IMG/VR virus record: IMGVR_UViG_3300047454_000095
Source: a virus
DNA length: 64,000 nucleotides
Reading direction: 5' to 3' (one strand)
The notes below the pieces were generated by a model. It ran no database searches, had not been told where the DNA came from, and worked only from the letters and a program-made list of their open reading frames with translations. Shown piece after piece: positions 9,869 to 19,474 of this stretch (position 1 is the first letter of the stretch; each line of letters opens with the position of its first letter). Both the position numbers and the translations under genes were made by a program.

Positions 9869-10255
9869 TTATGTGGCTATTAATGTTGCCGCAACTGTTA
9901 CTAATGTACCGCTTGTATCAATGTTGTTAGGTCCAACTGCTGTTACTGTGCTTGTTGGATAGTTTGCCGCTGTTCCAATTGTTCTAATACGTGTTTGTAA
10001 GTCTGCCGCTGATGCTTGATTATCACACACAACAGTCATTGTGCCACTGTTGTCGTCTGTAGTACAATAAATTAAAGGATTAATTTCTTTACAAATTTGC
10101 TCAACTGTTTCGTTAATAGCATCGTCTTCACCTCTTAGATCAACTGCTGTACCGTTTGCAATTTTTACTAAAATTTTAAATGGAATAGCACCTGGGAAAA
10201 AAACATTTCCTGCTGTTGATAATCCTGATCCGTGTACTCTTGTTATTCCAGCCAT
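9869..10255 (-). CDS. Small virion-type protein (candidate capsid decoration protein)
   Basis: 128 aa, T/A/G-rich, GGAG Shine-Dalgarno, strong terminator downstream; function inferred only from context. Confidence 0.4.
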   Translation of the reverse strand: MAGITRVHGSGLSTAGNVFFPGAIPFKILVKIANGTAVDLRGEDDAINETVEQICKEINPLIYCTTDDNSGTMTVVCDNQASAADLQTRIRTIGTAANYPTSTVTAVGPNNIDTSGTLVTVAATLIAT

Positions 10256-10265
10256 CTATCTCTCC

Positions 10266-11099
10266 TTAGTGTCCGCCGCAACTACTTGCGTATAATTTTT
10301 CAAGTTGTTTTGCTTCGCAACCCATTTCAGTATATTTCTTCATGATATCTGCTTTAGACATACCTTTGTCTGCACATTTTTTCATTTCTTTACCGCTTGG
10401 TAATTGTACTTTTTTACCTTCGCCTTCTTCAATACTTTCTTTTTTAGCATCTTTATCTTTGATTGCTTTTTTCATTGGCTCTTTTTTGTCGCCATCTTTG
10501 TCCATATCTAAGAAGTCTGGTTTTGCTTTTGCTTCGTTTGTTTCTAAATCAGCAACACGGTCTTCATCACATTCGCATGGATCTTCTTTACAATCATCAC
10601 ATTCTTCTTCGTTCATAAACTCTGAAAGTTTAGCAGAAAGTTCTGCACGTAACTCATCTTCAAGTGCCATTGGATTATCTCCGCCTGCAACTTTTGGATA
10701 AGATTTTTTCTGTGCGCCATCGTGTCCTGTAGCAATGTCTTTTGTCATAAAGTTATGGTCTTGATATTTTTCATCTGGTGAATTATCATAGTCGCCACTT
10801 GCTTCAGTGTCAGTGTCATCACAAGCCATGTCGTCCATTGGCTTTGGTTCGTCACTTACAAGACTCATCATTGATTTCATGTCATCATGTGGATCCATTG
10901 GACCCATCATAGGTGCTTTAGGTTTGATTGCAGTTGGAATGTCTGCAATATCACTTGCACCTTCTTTGCCTTTTAAAGCATTCATTAATTTAATTACGTC
11001 TTCAGCATTATCGCCTGACATATTAATTGACGCCGACGCCGCTTCATTCATTGCTTCGTCCAACGCTACTATTTTTTTGTAAATTTCGTTTAATTTCAT
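10266..11099 (-). CDS. Acidic/charged hypothetical protein, prohead core-like
   Basis: D/E/K-rich; KPDFLDMDKDGDKKEPMKKA segment. Confidence 0.45.
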   Translation of the reverse strand: MKLNEIYKKIVALDEAMNEAASASINMSGDNAEDVIKLMNALKGKEGASDIADIPTAIKPKAPMMGPMDPHDDMKSMMSLVSDEPKPMDDMACDDTDTEASGDYDNSPDEKYQDHNFMTKDIATGHDGAQKKSYPKVAGGDNPMALEDELRAELSAKLSEFMNEEECDDCKEDPCECDEDRVADLETNEAKAKPDFLDMDKDGDKKEPMKKAIKDKDAKKESIEEGEGKKVQLPSGKEMKKCADKGMSKADIMKKYTEMGCEAKQLEKLYASSCGGH

Positions 11100-11101
11100 A
11101 A

Positions 11102-11677
11102 TTAACTCCCTATTGGACTTTTGGTTCCGATATCAGCGGTTGCGTCCATCTGTTTTTTATCTGTAGCACCTTCTTCAGGTAACTCAATTGCTTTACCAGT
11201 AAATCTTTCTTTAGATGCAGTTTCTAACTCTTTAAGTAGGTCCATAACTCTGTTACTGCCTACATCTTTTTGAGCACTTTCACCACCCATATCTTCTTTA
11301 GTAAGTTTTGTTTCATATGGTGCATTTTGATCAACTTCTTGATATAACTCTTGAGGTTCGTTTGGATTACGTACTACTATGTGTGATTGCGGAATACCTA
11401 ATTGGTAACCTAAGTACTCTTGTAACATTTCAGTGTGTGTAGGGTATGTTACTTCGCACTCGTAGTAAGTTACTTCTTCATTCTGCAATGCAGGAAAGTC
11501 CAACGGACGTTCTTGGATTGGTGTTTTCTTACCCGGCGTACAGTTTTGTACACCAAATTTTCTTAGAGCAGTTTCTAACTTGTCTGCTATACCTGTGTTA
11601 TCACCAGCAATACCAATTTTAAAAGGATAAACTTTACCATTGTATGCTTCTGTTAAATAATCGCTATATTTTTTCAT
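11102..11677 (-). CDS. Hypothetical late protein
   Basis: 191 aa, TAAATA promoter and AGGGA Shine-Dalgarno upstream. Confidence 0.6.
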   Translation of the reverse strand: MKKYSDYLTEAYNGKVYPFKIGIAGDNTGIADKLETALRKFGVQNCTPGKKTPIQERPLDFPALQNEEVTYYECEVTYPTHTEMLQEYLGYQLGIPQSHIVVRNPNEPQELYQEVDQNAPYETKLTKEDMGGESAQKDVGSNRVMDLLKELETASKERFTGKAIELPEEGATDKKQMDATADIGTKSPIGS

Positions 11678-11698
11678 AATTGTGTTTTCCCTACTAAA

Positions 11699-12196
11699 CT
11701 ATTTATCCATGTTCTTGAGTTTTTCTAACAAACTATTACGGTCTGTAACTACATATCCTTCGCCTGAAACAACGCCATCTGGTGAATCTCCACCATCTTT
11801 ATCCTGTTTTTCCTTCTTAAGTTGTAGTTCAACCATTTTAAGTTTCTTGTCTAATTTTGCAACTTTAGCATCAAGGTTAGTTTTTAGCATATTACCTGCT
11901 ACTTCAAACACCCTACCACTATATCTGCTTTCAACATTCATACCCAAGTCCATTAGATCTTCATATGCATTCATAGACTTCTCAGCAACTTCGTTTAGTT
12001 CCTTATCTGCTAATTCGCCTAAGCCTTTCACTTGTGGTAATGCCGCAGTAATTTTATCCATCTCAGCAATACTACGTTGAGTTTCTTCATGCTCTACAAT
12101 AGCATGTTTCTTTTCTGCTTTAGCAGATTGTTCCTTGTCTTTCTGAACAATCTCTTTGCTGTCTGGCATATTAAGTAATTCTTCTAATTTCTTCAT
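11699..12196 (-). CDS. gp16: Terminase small subunit (gp16-like)
   Basis: Helical; RVFEVAGNMLKT resembles the RAYEVAGQLIK motif of T4-like gp16 proteins; C-terminal coiled coil. Confidence 0.65.
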   Translation of the reverse strand: MKKLEELLNMPDSKEIVQKDKEQSAKAEKKHAIVEHEETQRSIAEMDKITAALPQVKGLGELADKELNEVAEKSMNAYEDLMDLGMNVESRYSGRVFEVAGNMLKTNLDAKVAKLDKKLKMVELQLKKEKQDKDGGDSPDGVVSGEGYVVTDRNSLLEKLKNMDK

Positions 12197-12226
12197 ATTT
12201 TGGATTCCATTAAATGCTACTATTAT

Positions 12227-12667
12227 TTAGCCTTTGCGTTGGCCAGAGTGGAACATATCCTTCTCTGTAACAACCCTAAAAAAGATGCCTTTATCCTTGC
12301 ACCATGCCCTTGCGGCCTGCCATTTAGCCATGTTTAGTGCAACAGCCATTTGCTTTTGTTTATTTCTGCCTGCACTTTCCATAGTTGTTTGATTGTCTGG
12401 CTTAACTTCTATAACTTCTGCACGTTGTTTACCATTCTTATCCATGTAACTAATAAAGAAGTCTGGTACATACACCGTTGCTTTTCCTGTGAAAGGATTT
12501 ACATAAGGTATCTTTACTGCTTCACTTGCCCACTTGGCAACGTTAGGATTTTCATCGCAGAATTTCATAAATGCGAATTCCCAACTTGATCTATATAATG
12601 GTGTTTTGCGACCGATATACTTGTCTGGAAACTTTAAGTTGTAACGTCCTTGGGCGTACTTGGCCAT
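12227..12667 (-). CDS. gp4: Head completion nuclease (gp4 / TnsA-like)
   Basis: YRSSWE, WASE, YVPDF, IEVKP, KWQAARAWC motifs. Confidence 0.9.
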   Translation of the reverse strand: MAKYAQGRYNLKFPDKYIGRKTPLYRSSWEFAFMKFCDENPNVAKWASEAVKIPYVNPFTGKATVYVPDFFISYMDKNGKQRAEVIEVKPDNQTTMESAGRNKQKQMAVALNMAKWQAARAWCKDKGIFFRVVTEKDMFHSGQRKG

Positions 12668-12668
12668 G

Positions 12669-13034
12669 TTACACTCCTATGTTTCGTGCTTCAGTCCTGT
12701 TTTGTATGTCAACTACTCTGTAACCTAATGTACTAATTTTTTCTCTGTTATAGTTTAGTACTTCTGTTACAACACTACTCAACTGAACACTGTCTGTTTT
12801 CTTTAGAGTATCAAGTAATTCAAAAACATTTACGTCATCAAGTTTTGCTTGTTGTAACATTACTGTTCCTACAGCAATGGCAGAAGTTTTTTCAAATCCT
12901 CTGCTTGTAAAAAATCCTATTACAGCATCAACTTGGTTAGTAGGAAAATTAATAAAGTCAGTAAAATACTGATTGTAAAATCTCTTTACATCATTTGAAC
13001 TATCATCTTTTACTACTTTAGGTAGGTTACTCAT
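12669..13034 (-). CDS. Hypothetical late protein
   Basis: 121 aa, coupled to neighbours. Confidence 0.6.
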   Translation of the reverse strand: MSNLPKVVKDDSSNDVKRFYNQYFTDFINFPTNQVDAVIGFFTSRGFEKTSAIAVGTVMLQQAKLDDVNVFELLDTLKKTDSVQLSSVVTEVLNYNREKISTLGYRVVDIQNRTEARNIGV

Positions 13035-14401
13035 TATCCTGTCCTTACAATGTTAGGCAAGTTAGCAAGTGTTTTGCTATTTGCCGCTTCTTTATATGCC
13101 GAACTTGCAGTGTCCCATGCGGCGTTAATCGCATTGACACTTGCATCACCCCCTGCGGCTAAATGATCTTTTTTGTGTGTTGTTGATTTAGATAAGTCTG
13201 CTAACTTGTCTGGATTGTCTTGAAGTTCTTTTGTAACGTCTGCAAGACTTGTACTCTGTACTGCTTTTTGTATTGCCGCCACAGCACTTACACCAGCAAC
13301 TGCTGTTGCAACATCTTTTAGTGATCCACTGCCACTACCTTTAGGAAAAAATGTATTTGCAACTCCGCCAACATTTATTCCGCCAACATCTCCAATGGCT
13401 CCTTTAATAATTCCAAAGCCTTCTTGTCTAATTCCGTCTTTAGATAAATCCTTAACATTTCTTGCAGTGTTGGCCGCTTTTAAAACTGTACCTAACAATG
13501 CTCCTGGTGACTTAAATGCATCGCCTGATGTAATATCTCCAAACACATCTGCCGCACCTGATGCAACACCACCAACACCAAATAGACTTGATGTTCCGCC
13601 TCCACCTAATGAAAGTGGACTTGGTGTTTTATCATAATGTTCTGTTGCAAAACCTTTTGGTGCTGTACCTTCTGACACTGCACCTCTTGTGTACCATACT
13701 GTTTCAAACTGAACACTCATTGTACTTTGTGCAACACCGGCACCATCTGTTTGATCCATTGTGTCATGTTGCCAACTATTAATAATAGGATTGACAAGTG
13801 TAAATGCTGTATAACGTTTACGTGACATTTGATATACAACAATGCTATCAAAGAAAGGATCTATACTATCGTTATCAAAACCATATCTATATTTCGACTG
13901 TGGAGAGTTTGCATCAGCAAATGTGTTTGCTCTGTTGTATGCAGAAGCAGTCGTGTTAGGACTTCCTGCTGTATCAGTTGATGCATAGTTTCCATCTTTA
14001 AAATAATATCTGTAGTATGCTTCCCACATTGCAGTTGTAAGACCATAGTTGTCATCATGGAAAGTAAAATTACAAGGACTGTAGTCTATGCGTTTTTGTA
14101 AAATTCTTTTTCTATTGTATTGATGTTTTACTTCTGTAGTAACATCAAACTTAGGCAAGTCAACACTCTTAACTAACATATTAATAGTGTTACTGTGTTT
14201 CTCTGATAGTTGTGGAATAATTGAAGAAGCCTTTCTATTAATGTTGAATGCAACATGATAAAGAAACTTACTCTTAGGTGCATACTTAAATGCATCATCT
14301 ACATATAATCTTGAAGCATGTTGATAGTCTGCAAGGTTACCTTTTGGACTTAATGCTCCAGATACTAAATTGTCAAGAAATGGGGTTAACTTATTTGCCA
14401 T
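13034..14401 (-). CDS. Tail-tube-fold paralog (baseplate tube initiator, gp19/gp54-like) with low-complexity C-terminal extension
   Basis: VKSVDLPKF...QYNRKR...CNFTFHDD...STMSVQF tube-fold pattern; adjacent to the tube gene. Confidence 0.65.
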   Translation of the reverse strand: MANKLTPFLDNLVSGALSPKGNLADYQHASRLYVDDAFKYAPKSKFLYHVAFNINRKASSIIPQLSEKHSNTINMLVKSVDLPKFDVTTEVKHQYNRKRILQKRIDYSPCNFTFHDDNYGLTTAMWEAYYRYYFKDGNYASTDTAGSPNTTASAYNRANTFADANSPQSKYRYGFDNDSIDPFFDSIVVYQMSRKRYTAFTLVNPIINSWQHDTMDQTDGAGVAQSTMSVQFETVWYTRGAVSEGTAPKGFATEHYDKTPSPLSLGGGGTSSLFGVGGVASGAADVFGDITSGDAFKSPGALLGTVLKAANTARNVKDLSKDGIRQEGFGIIKGAIGDVGGINVGGVANTFFPKGSGSGSLKDVATAVAGVSAVAAIQKAVQSTSLADVTKELQDNPDKLADLSKSTTHKKDHLAAGGDASVNAINAAWDTASSAYKEAANSKTLANLPNIVRTG

Positions 14402-14438
14402 ACTAATATTTATCTAAAAAATAAAGTGGGTATAGAAT

Positions 14439-14463
14439 AAAAAAGGCGCACTCGGCGCCTTTT
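14439..14463 (-). terminator. Rho-independent terminator after the tail tube gene
   Basis: AAAAGGCGC-CGAGT-GCGCCTTTTTT. Confidence 0.8.
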
Positions 14464-14493
14464 CTACGTTTATTTTAAAACTCTTAAACTTGA

Positions 14494-15123
14494 TTATACT
14501 GCGCCACCGCCAGTAACAAGTGTGTTGATAGTTCTGCCTACAGCAGTACCAATACCTGTTCCTTGTGGTGTTTGTATCGCATTATCGTATCTAATACTTA
14601 ATGCAACACTAACTACTTCTGATGTCGCGTATGCTAATTGATTGTAGTTTGCACTTTCTAAATAACAACCGTATAACTCAAATGTTTCAAGCACATTAAC
14701 TGTGTTTGCACCGTTACCACCATCTAAAATTTCAATACGTGTAACGAATTTGTAGTCCGCGCCTGATGCCGCACCTGATTGTTCAAAGAAATCAAACTGT
14801 TTCTGCAACTGCTCGCCAACAAGTTTCTGAACGTTGTTACTTACATCTTCACGTAAGTTTAATGTAATTGGTTCCCAAGTATGTTTTCCTGCAAGGAATA
14901 CTTTTGAGTTGTATACATCAAGTGTAATCTGTTCAAAAGTTACGTTAGGTCTTGTTACATCGACAACCTGTTTAGTTAACTCTGTAGTTGGTGTTGACAC
15001 TCCAAAATTTTCCAGTGACACCCTGAAGCGGTACTGCAATTTTGGCATTAACAAACCTTGTGAACCTGCACTCGCGTTGCTGTCCAAAGGTACTGTTAGT
15101 CTTGAAAGTGATGAAATTGCCAT
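14494..15123 (-). CDS. gp19: Tail tube protein (gp19-like)
   Basis: PKLQYRFRV, AGKHTWEPITLNLRED, FELYGCY, IRYDNA; directly downstream of the sheath gene. Confidence 0.9.
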   Translation of the reverse strand: MAISSLSRLTVPLDSNASAGSQGLLMPKLQYRFRVSLENFGVSTPTTELTKQVVDVTRPNVTFEQITLDVYNSKVFLAGKHTWEPITLNLREDVSNNVQKLVGEQLQKQFDFFEQSGAASGADYKFVTRIEILDGGNGANTVNVLETFELYGCYLESANYNQLAYATSEVVSVALSIRYDNAIQTPQGTGIGTAVGRTINTLVTGGGAV

Positions 15124-15154
15124 TTATTTGCTCCTATTACTTTTATTTATCATA

Positions 15155-18100
15155 TTATAGGCCCGCTATTTCTCCAGTGTTTTTAAGTCTTAATGGAATG
15201 TAAATAAACTCCACTGCTTTCACTGGTTCAATTGCAATGTCTACATAAAGTTCGTTTCTATCAATTCTTGATGGAGTGTTGTTACTTTCGTCACACACTA
15301 CTAAGAAATCATATAACGCTCTTTGTCCTACAAGCTCAAGCATTAAACTATCTGCTTGTTGTTTGATCTCGTCTCTTGTGATCTTATCGTTAGGCTCAAA
15401 AATGTAAGGCTTCGCAAGTTTGTTTAACTGTCCACGTAAGTAAATTACTAAACGTGCAACGTTAATTCTATCTAAAGAACTTGCATTCTTCGCTCTTGTC
15501 TTTTGACCAAAGTTAACAAGACCTGCACCAGTTAAGAATGTTACTGGGTTAACCTTGTTACTGTACAATGTATCTCTTTGACCTTCGTTAAGAGCAACTG
15601 TTTTAAACTCGCCTTCGTTATCAATAAAGCCTGCACTTGAAGCGTTAGTAATTCCACCACGTCTTGTTCCTGCTGGAGCAAACCATGGGTAACTAACTTG
15701 ATCACTTAATGCAATAGTTCTAAGTATACCATGTGATGCTGGAACAACTACGTTGTTACCTGCATTGTCACTTGTGAATAAACTTGGATAAAACACACCT
15801 AAGTATTCGTCACTTGTTACTAATCCATTGTCGTTATCTTCAACAGCACCGTTAACGTTTGTTGCCCAGTTGTTAATTCCTGTGGCATCACTTGCTAATC
15901 TCATTGGAGAGTCACCAACAACAAATGCTGTTAAGCCTCTGTCATTGTTCAATGTAACCATTTCACCAATCAGCTCTGGATAACCAGGTGTTGCTAATAA
16001 GTTAAAGATTCTTGATTCGTTATCTCTAATGTCTTGGTTGCTGTTCATCATTGCCTGTAATGCTTGTACAACAACTTTACGCTGTGCCTTACGACCGAAT
16101 GTACCTGAACCATCTGCTTGGTTAGCACTTTCAGTTACCCATCTGTGTGGATAGTAAGACGCCATTGACTCGTCGCCAGTACGTGCATTATCTTCTGCAA
16201 GATCGATTGAATTACGTACAAATTTCTTAACGTTAAATCCAGAACGTCTTAAGTTCCATAACAACATACCTTTTGGATATAGTGCTGGATCTGGAGCATC
16301 TGGGTCTAAGTAATTACTTGCCGCTAAATCTGCAATAGTACCTGCTGATCCACTGTTAACACCTGAAGTGTTATAACGTGCATCTGCAAACAACACACCA
16401 TTCTCTGTAGTCTGGTCTGTGCTATCTCTTAATACCCATTTCAATGTAGTTCCATTGTATTGGTAAATTACTGGATAGTTTTCTAAGTCTGCTGTACTAA
16501 CCCAAAGGTCGCCATTTACAAGTGCTGAACCATCTGATTGTGTAGTTGGTTCTGTTGCACTAACAATTGGACCATTTGGTGAACTGTTTGGATATCCTGA
16601 AGAACTGTCTTGGTAACCTACCCAAGTAGTTCCGTTGTGTAACATAATATCAACTTCGTCAACAACTGAGTTGTACCATAATTGACCATCAAGTGCTAAT
16701 GCACTCGGTGCATCATCGCCTGCTGTGTATGATAGTACTTGCCAGTTTGAAGCCATATACTGTTTAGGATTAGTTGAACTGTCTGTTCCTGGTACATAGT
16801 ATAAGTTTGCTGTACCTGTGTTTGCATCAACATAAGGAGTAAATCCTGCTAATGTTAATCCACCATCTGTATCAACAATTCTAATTTCTCCACCATCGTT
16901 GTGTTCAATAACAATTCTGTTTGAAGCGTCTACACTTGCTACAATGTTAGTAAATCCAGCACTGTTAATTTTTCCTGCAATTTCTTCAGCGTCTGCCGCC
17001 GCGCCTGTTGCATTTGTACTAACTGTTACTGCCGCACTCATTGTTGCTGAGTTTGTAGTTGACTCACTCATTGTAAATGTGTAAGTACCGCTTGAAACTT
17101 GATCTGCGATAATTGCTGATGAAATCTTAGTAGATCCAGTAGCAACTCTTTTAAAGATTTTAAAGTCATACTCAACATCTGCTGATTCAGTAACGTTTGT
17201 TTGTGCATAGTAAGTATCAACTGAAAGGTTTACACCTCCGCCTGTTGAATCTAAGTTTTTCAATGCTGTTGCGTTATCTGCATATAATGGAACACTCTTG
17301 TTGTCCCATAGTTCAGTAGTTCCATTCCACTCTTTAACAGAAAGTTTAGCACCTAAGTTTGCGTCAGTAGTTTTAAACCAAATACTTCCGCTTGGTCTTG
17401 GTGTTGTGTCTGTTGTTTTGTATTCTGGAACACCAGTGTGAGGTGCTATTTCTAATTTAGGTGCATTGTAAGTTGCCGCTGTTAAACCTAATTCAGCCGC
17501 TAAACCTGTACCGTCTGCAATTACAAGAGCAACACCAGTTGAGAAAATGTTCAATCTGCTGTTTACTGCACTTGCTGTTACGCCTGCAATACCTGCACCA
17601 TTAATATCACTAACAACATCTGCTAATGCTGTGCCTGATGCTGTAATTGTGTTACTATTAATAGTTAAAGTTTTACCACCTGTTACAGTTGGATTGCTTG
17701 TTGCCGCAACTGCTGTTGGCCAACTTGCCTGCCATGCGTCAGTTCCAACTTTAACCCAAGTACCACTTGTGTTTTTGTAGTACGTTTTGTTAATTGTAGT
17801 TGTTGCCACTGTTGCATAGTCACCAATTTTACCAACTGATGCTAAAGGAATACCAGTTGCTTGTCCGCCTACTAATTTAGTTGCGTCTGTAATTACTGTT
17901 GGTGTTTTTAATGTAAATGTTTGACCACCTGTTGCTGTAGCAGGATTGCCATTCCATTCAAAAATGCCCATTCTACTAATTTGCGTATCAAACCAGTAAG
18001 TTCCATCAGCCGGATCAGCCGCTGGTGCATTCGCAGTTGCTTGAAGTTCGTTCAAGTCAATGTCTGCTCTTACAACAAAAGCTCTGTTGGAAACTCCTAA

Positions 18101-18403
18101 GTATGAGTAAGCCGCTTGTAGTCCATATTCATTAATCTCTGATCCATGAATTGGATTGTTGTTGTTATCTGTATAAAACAAAGGATCTCCGAAAGTTTCG
18201 GATAAATCTCTTTGTGATGTAAGCAAGAACGGAACTCCAGCGTTTGCTTTCGTTGTTCCCCTTGCTGTACCTGTGCCACTTGCGTTCGCTTTATCTTGCG
18301 CCGTAGCAACAAAAATCATTGGGGTAGTGCCTGGTTCAGCAGGTGTATAGAAACTTTCATCTATAACGCTGACCTGTACTCCGGGTGATACTAAGTTTGC
18401 CAT
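15155..18403 (-). CDS. gp18: Contractile tail sheath protein (gp18-like), enlarged
   Basis: SPGVQVSVIDES N-terminus, WFAPAGTRRG, LDRINVARL, FEPND, IEPVKAVEFIYI. Start at MANL, with AGGAG Shine-Dalgarno. Confidence 0.95.
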   Translation of the reverse strand: MANLVSPGVQVSVIDESFYTPAEPGTTPMIFVATAQDKANASGTGTARGTTKANAGVPFLLTSQRDLSETFGDPLFYTDNNNNPIHGSEINEYGLQAAYSYLGVSNRAFVVRADIDLNELQATANAPAADPADGTYWFDTQISRMGIFEWNGNPATATGGQTFTLKTPTVITDATKLVGGQATGIPLASVGKIGDYATVATTTINKTYYKNTSGTWVKVGTDAWQASWPTAVAATSNPTVTGGKTLTINSNTITASGTALADVVSDINGAGIAGVTASAVNSRLNIFSTGVALVIADGTGLAAELGLTAATYNAPKLEIAPHTGVPEYKTTDTTPRPSGSIWFKTTDANLGAKLSVKEWNGTTELWDNKSVPLYADNATALKNLDSTGGGVNLSVDTYYAQTNVTESADVEYDFKIFKRVATGSTKISSAIIADQVSSGTYTFTMSESTTNSATMSAAVTVSTNATGAAADAEEIAGKINSAGFTNIVASVDASNRIVIEHNDGGEIRIVDTDGGLTLAGFTPYVDANTGTANLYYVPGTDSSTNPKQYMASNWQVLSYTAGDDAPSALALDGQLWYNSVVDEVDIMLHNGTTWVGYQDSSSGYPNSSPNGPIVSATEPTTQSDGSALVNGDLWVSTADLENYPVIYQYNGTTLKWVLRDSTDQTTENGVLFADARYNTSGVNSGSAGTIADLAASNYLDPDAPDPALYPKGMLLWNLRRSGFNVKKFVRNSIDLAEDNARTGDESMASYYPHRWVTESANQADGSGTFGRKAQRKVVVQALQAMMNSNQDIRDNESRIFNLLATPGYPELIGEMVTLNNDRGLTAFVVGDSPMRLASDATGINNWATNVNGAVEDNDNGLVTSDEYLGVFYPSLFTSDNAGNNVVVPASHGILRTIALSDQVSYPWFAPAGTRRGGITNASSAGFIDNEGEFKTVALNEGQRDTLYSNKVNPVTFLTGAGLVNFGQKTRAKNASSLDRINVARLVIYLRGQLNKLAKPYIFEPNDKITRDEIKQQADSLMLELVGQRALYDFLVVCDESNNTPSRIDRNELYVDIAIEPVKAVEFIYIPLRLKNTGEIAGL

Positions 18404-18508
18404 ATTTGTTCTCCTGTTGAACTTATTATATGTATTTAGCAACGTAGACGTAAAAGTATGCTAAACACCATGTCAAAAAGGGCATCAAAAGGGTAGGTAA
18501 ATACTAAC

Positions 18509-18847
18509 ATGAGACCTTTATGCAAATGCGGTAAAAGACCTGTTGCTGTTAACTACAGAAAAGGCAACAAGACTTTTTATAGAACCAAGTGTGATGTATG
18601 TATTCGCAACAAGGGCAAAGAACTGGGTGAACCTAAGTGGTACCAAGCAGGTTATAGACAAAAAACACATTGTGAGAAGTGTAACTTTAAAGCCACGTTT
18701 AGAGAACAAATGAGAGTGTTTCACATAGACGGTGATCTAAACAACAATCGTCCAAGTAATATGAAAACTATCTGTGCTAACTGCCAGATTGCTATGCAGA
18801 GAGAAGGTTCCCGCTGGAAACAAGGTGATCTTGAACCTGATTTTTAA
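18509..18847 (+). CDS. Zn-finger/HNH endonuclease-like protein
   Basis: CxC, CxxC, CxxC, FHIDGDLNNNRPSN and CxxC motifs; TAAATA 5 nt before the ATG. Confidence 0.75.
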   Translation: MRPLCKCGKRPVAVNYRKGNKTFYRTKCDVCIRNKGKELGEPKWYQAGYRQKTHCEKCNFKATFREQMRVFHIDGDLNNNRPSNMKTICANCQIAMQREGSRWKQGDLEPDF

Positions 18848-19403
18848 GATCTAACAACGTACCGTTATTATCAATAGTGTGTGTAAATTTTGTGTGTGCC
18901 CATGCCCATTCAGATGCATGTACATCTTTGGGTTCAACACCAACATCTTGATATATTCTAAACCAAATAGGATCCTGCCCACGTTTTACACGCCAAACTT
19001 GTCCACCAACTTCATATAGCATTTTTGCTTCATTTGGAAAACGTACATCTGGAATAACAAAGTGTGTATTAGGATTATCAATAATATGCTTTTTAGTAAG
19101 GCTTACCCAGATACCATCATAGAAGCCTTCACGCATACATTCTGTACCAAATTCTTGTAGTACAAGTCTTGGAGTAATTTCTCTACCAGTTTCCTGCGTC
19201 CAATATTGATCTACTTGCTCACGCCATGCTCTTGATTTGTCAGTTTTGCCATCAAGCAGTTCTCTATCCCAACTGAACATAGATGCTACTGCGTCTTTAA
19301 GTTTGTCAGCAAACGATATTTTTACAAAGTTATGGTTATCTATTAGATTTTGAGCGACTGTGTCTTTACCAGATCCGATTAATCCGCAAATGCCTATTAG
19401 CAC
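18792..19403 (-). CDS. gp1: Deoxynucleoside monophosphate kinase (gp1-like)
   Basis: GLIGSGKDT P-loop, SFADKLK, PRLVLQEFGTE, DVRFPNE; GTG start with GAGGAG. Confidence 0.92.
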   Translation of the reverse strand: MLIGICGLIGSGKDTVAQNLIDNHNFVKISFADKLKDAVASMFSWDRELLDGKTDKSRAWREQVDQYWTQETGREITPRLVLQEFGTECMREGFYDGIWVSLTKKHIIDNPNTHFVIPDVRFPNEAKMLYEVGGQVWRVKRGQDPIWFRIYQDVGVEPKDVHASEWAWAHTKFTHTIDNNGTLLDLKNQVQDHLVSSGNLLSA

Positions 19404-19438
19404 AAAGAATACTCCTCTATAAGTTTAATTTAAGTTAT

Positions 19439-19467
19439 AGTATAGTATAAATTTATGCTTTTGTCAA
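19439..19467 (-). promoter_or_regulatory. Sigma70-type promoter for dNMP kinase
   Basis: TTGACA-N17-TATACT. Confidence 0.8.
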
Positions 19468-19474
19468 GTACTTT

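Noticed and set aside
6190-11082. Ser-rich plus-strand ORFs (6190, 6745, 10342, 10807)
   Set aside because: Mirror images of Glu/Asp-rich minus-strand codons.
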